This document shows, one piece after another, positions 61,737 to 64,000 of a stretch of 64,000 nt of DNA (within the stretch, counting starts at the first letter, position 1; every line of letters begins with the position of its first letter). Position numbers and translations under genes: made by a program. Under the pieces are notes generated by a model. The model ran no database searches. It was given only the letters and a program-made list of their open reading frames with translations, and was not told the origin of the DNA. The stretch is from contig JAWQFM010000002.1 of the NCBI GenBank assembly GCA_033442325.1, positions 420,444 through 484,443 of the forward strand. The letters are read 5' to 3'. The DNA is from Salpingoeca rosetta (Eukaryota; Protista; Choanoflagellata).

Positions 61737-64000
61737 TCACTTTGCCCCTGCACCACCACCTGCATGGTAAGGGTAACATGCGTGGCCATAAGGATCACCA
61801 GCCTCGACACCGCAATACGAATTGCCGTGCTTTCCGCGTCCACCGCGCCCGCCATATGAACCAGCGACGCTGCTGGCGCAGTATTCTCCGTAAGTCGGTG
61901 CTGTCGGTGTTGTTGGACCAGTTTTCGCTGTGTACCCACGGGCGTTTGTGGACAGGCTCGCTCGCTGGTCAACCTTGGCCTGACGTGTCCAGATGGCAAT
62001 CGTGGACGCCGTCACGGAGGAAGAATACTGCATGTGCAGCCTGTCTGCATGCAGGACAGTGATGTCCTTCACGCGTTCGAGCGACTTGGTGTTGCCGTTG
62101 CTGTTTGAGTCAACAATCGAAGCGCCCTTGTACAGAACCAGGTCCTTGAACATGTAGTTGTTGTCCATCCAGCTCCGCTCCGCGGCCGAGCACGTGCCTT
62201 CCAAGCACGTCGTGCGCCCGCCGTTGATGTTCATGCGGGTGCCAGGCAGCAGGTAGAGCGACTGCACGCCAGAGAGCATGCCATGCACGTTGAACGTGTC
62301 TCGCACGAAGAACCGCAGCGTACCCTCCAGCTGGCCGTCAGTATCAACTGTCATGTCCACGGCTGGGTACGACGCCTCAAGCTCGCGCCCGCCAATGTGC
62401 ACCTCGCGGCCAGACTGCACATACAAGAGCCCAGTCAGGTCACCAGTCACAGACTTGAAGAACGCGGGGGCAGAGGGCGTCGTCTTGGTGCTGAACTGCA
62501 AGCGCGCATTGTTCACCATGTGCAGGTGGTCAAAGGTCACCTGGCCTTCATCCAGCACGAACGGATACGTGTTGCGGTTGCGCCCGCGGTTGTCCAGAAT
62601 CAGCGTGTGGAACGCTGCGCCGTCGTCAGGGTGCGAGCGCACATACACGGACCCAACACCGCCGTGCTCCGTGTCAGTGTGGCAGCCGCCGTTGTCAGTC
62701 GACGCGCCGCCGCACCGTCCACCAAACGCCGTCACAGCGCCATCCCATCTGAACTCGTGCGCCGTGATGTGCACCACCACGCGGCCACCAGAGCCGCCAC
62801 CGGAGTATGCGCCACCGTTTCCGCCGTTGGCCTGGATCACGCCGTGGCCAGTCAGCCGCTCCGTATTGACGTAGATGCCACCACCAGAACCGCCACCGCT
62901 GTAGCTGCCGCCGTTGCCGCCGCTGGAGGAAATCATCCCGTCCACTTGCAGTCGTCCGCCAACCAGGAGGTTGATCAGGCCGCCACCAGCGCCTGCGTTG
63001 GACCCGCCGCCGCCAGATCCAGGCATGCGGCCCGAGTTCATAAACACAGAGCCATACACGGAACCAAGGCTGGAGCAGTAGTCACCGCGACCGCCAACGT
63101 TGGCATACGCACCACCGCAGCCGCGGTCACCCGTGTCGGAGCTGGCACCCGGGCCCGTGTTGGCGCCGTAGCCGCTGCCATCAGCAACCAGGCGGCCCGT
63201 GTGCTCAAAGAACGACTCGCCAATGTTCAGCGTGAGCACCTGCGTGTTGCTGCGCACGAGGCCGCCAAATCGGATGTCAAAGTCGGCCACCTCCACATCC
63301 GCGTTGGGCACTTTGATGTTGAGCGTCGCCGTGTTCTTGACCTCTACGGTAGAGAACTTCATGCTGTGCGGGTCCTGCAGGCTGCGGTACGCGTCTTCGG
63401 GGTAGAATGACTTGGACGTCTCCACCACCTCGTACTCAATGCCGTGAATCACCACTGTGTCGTTGGATTTCTCCAGGGTCAACAGGGCTGTGTGGCACTG
63501 GCCGTCACACACAAACTCGCCGCCGCTCTCAACGTAGAGGTGCTCCACATTGGTCAGGCGCCCTTCAAGGATCAGGTCCTCACCGCGCAAGATGAGGTTG
63601 GGCGGCATGAGCAGCTCCGCGTCCTCATCCACGTAGTACGTCACGGGCGCATCGTGCACGTTCTCTGCAGCCACCACCACTTCCACAAAGAAGCGCTGGT
63701 TCGACCGCACGCGAATGATGCCAGTGCGATCACCGCGCACCTCGTGGCCCACAATCGTCACATGCTCTTGATCATCGGGGTGGTAGAAGTACAACTTGGC
63801 ATACCCGTCCACAGTCATCTCGTCAAAGTCGATAAAGTCGCCAGTCGTGTCCATGATGAGCGCCGGCTGAGGCACCACGTTGTTCTCTTGGTCAATGCGC
63901 ACGTGTCGGTGTGGCGAAACAGGGGCGATCTTCTTCAGCTCGGGGTTGTACTTGAAGAGCGCGTACTGTGGACCGCGGTTGCTCTCGTAGGCGTACACCG
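61737..64000 (-). CDS. C-terminal >=753 aa of a protein with ~430-aa Gly-rich (GGGSGGxIxI..LxGxGxIxAxGGxG) repeats; start outside window
   Basis: Uninterrupted ORF. Two repeat starts (PALIMD..FDEM..GDRTGII; PFVLDE..FDHL..GDLTGLL). It ends at GGGAGAK-TGA, in the middle of a repeat. Confidence 0.85.
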   Translation of the reverse strand, partial: VYAYESNRGPQYALFKYNPELKKIAPVSPHRHVRIDQENNVVPQPALIMDTTGDFIDFDEMTVDGYAKLYFYHPDDQEHVTIVGHEVRGDRTGIIRVRSNQRFFVEVVVAAENVHDAPVTYYVDEDAELLMPPNLILRGEDLILEGRLTNVEHLYVESGGEFVCDGQCHTALLTLEKSNDTVVIHGIEYEVVETSKSFYPEDAYRSLQDPHSMKFSTVEVKNTATLNIKVPNADVEVADFDIRFGGLVRSNTQVLTLNIGESFFEHTGRLVADGSGYGANTGPGASSDTGDRGCGGAYANVGGRGDYCSSLGSVYGSVFMNSGRMPGSGGGGSNAGAGGGLINLLVGGRLQVDGMISSSGGNGGSYSGGGSGGGIYVNTERLTGHGVIQANGGNGGAYSGGGSGGRVVVHITAHEFRWDGAVTAFGGRCGGASTDNGGCHTDTEHGGVGSVYVRSHPDDGAAFHTLILDNRGRNRNTYPFVLDEGQVTFDHLHMVNNARLQFSTKTTPSAPAFFKSVTGDLTGLLYVQSGREVHIGGRELEASYPAVDMTVDTDGQLEGTLRFFVRDTFNVHGMLSGVQSLYLLPGTRMNINGGRTTCLEGTCSAAERSWMDNNYMFKDLVLYKGASIVDSNSNGNTKSLERVKDITVLHADRLHMQYSSSVTASTIAIWTRQAKVDQRASLSTNARGYTAKTGPTTPTAPTYGEYCASSVAGSYGGRGGRGKHGNSYCGVEAGDPYGHACYPYHAGGGAGAK

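Noticed and set aside
61570-61739. UGA readthrough or selenocysteine linking the two giant ORFs (small GATGCG/CGCATC hairpin after the stop)
   Set aside because: Readthrough enters GT-repeat sequence and meets another in-frame TGA about 55 codons later.
39065-63595. Long + strand ORFs opposite the giant gene
   Set aside because: Antisense shadows of GC-rich coding sequence with no recognisable motifs.

Overview
Intron-rich eukaryotic DNA, about 55-60% GC by eye, with introns full of (GT)n/(CA)n microsatellites. Gene content and style suggest a choanoflagellate such as Salpingoeca; this is inference and is not proven from the window. There are five N-gaps (21151-21522, 26630-26729, 35708-35807, 38922-39021, 39236-39378). 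The left 39 kb holds tightly packed housekeeping genes: DNA ligase III with a PBZ finger and BRCT, sphingosine-1-phosphate lyase head-to-head with pyridox(am)ine-5'-phosphate oxidase, a RanBP9/10-like gene, a WDR97/WDR87-like gene, a polyQ MYND-finger gene, YJU2, a gdhA-type NADP-glutamate dehydrogenase, ALG12, the first exon of OSGEPL1 and part of exportin-5. The right 25 kb is very different: microsatellite-free, apparently intronless minus-strand coding sequence for a giant secreted protein of at least about 7,370 aa, once two 1-nt homopolymer deletions are corrected. Its order is signal peptide, half of a Gly-rich repeat, about 55-60 EGF-like repeats in 4-EGF super-repeats, a bacterial-like domain, VWD, LamG, and a long VWD-C8 array in which a DxCGVCxGDGSxC motif replaces TIL. 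It also has paired furin-type sites and GDPH autocleavage motifs. The ORF just upstream stops in the middle of a ~430-aa Gly-rich repeat, and the giant gene's N-terminus completes that repeat in the same frame. This points to a mid-repeat gene fission, or an alternative promoter/splice switch, and is the most striking observation here.
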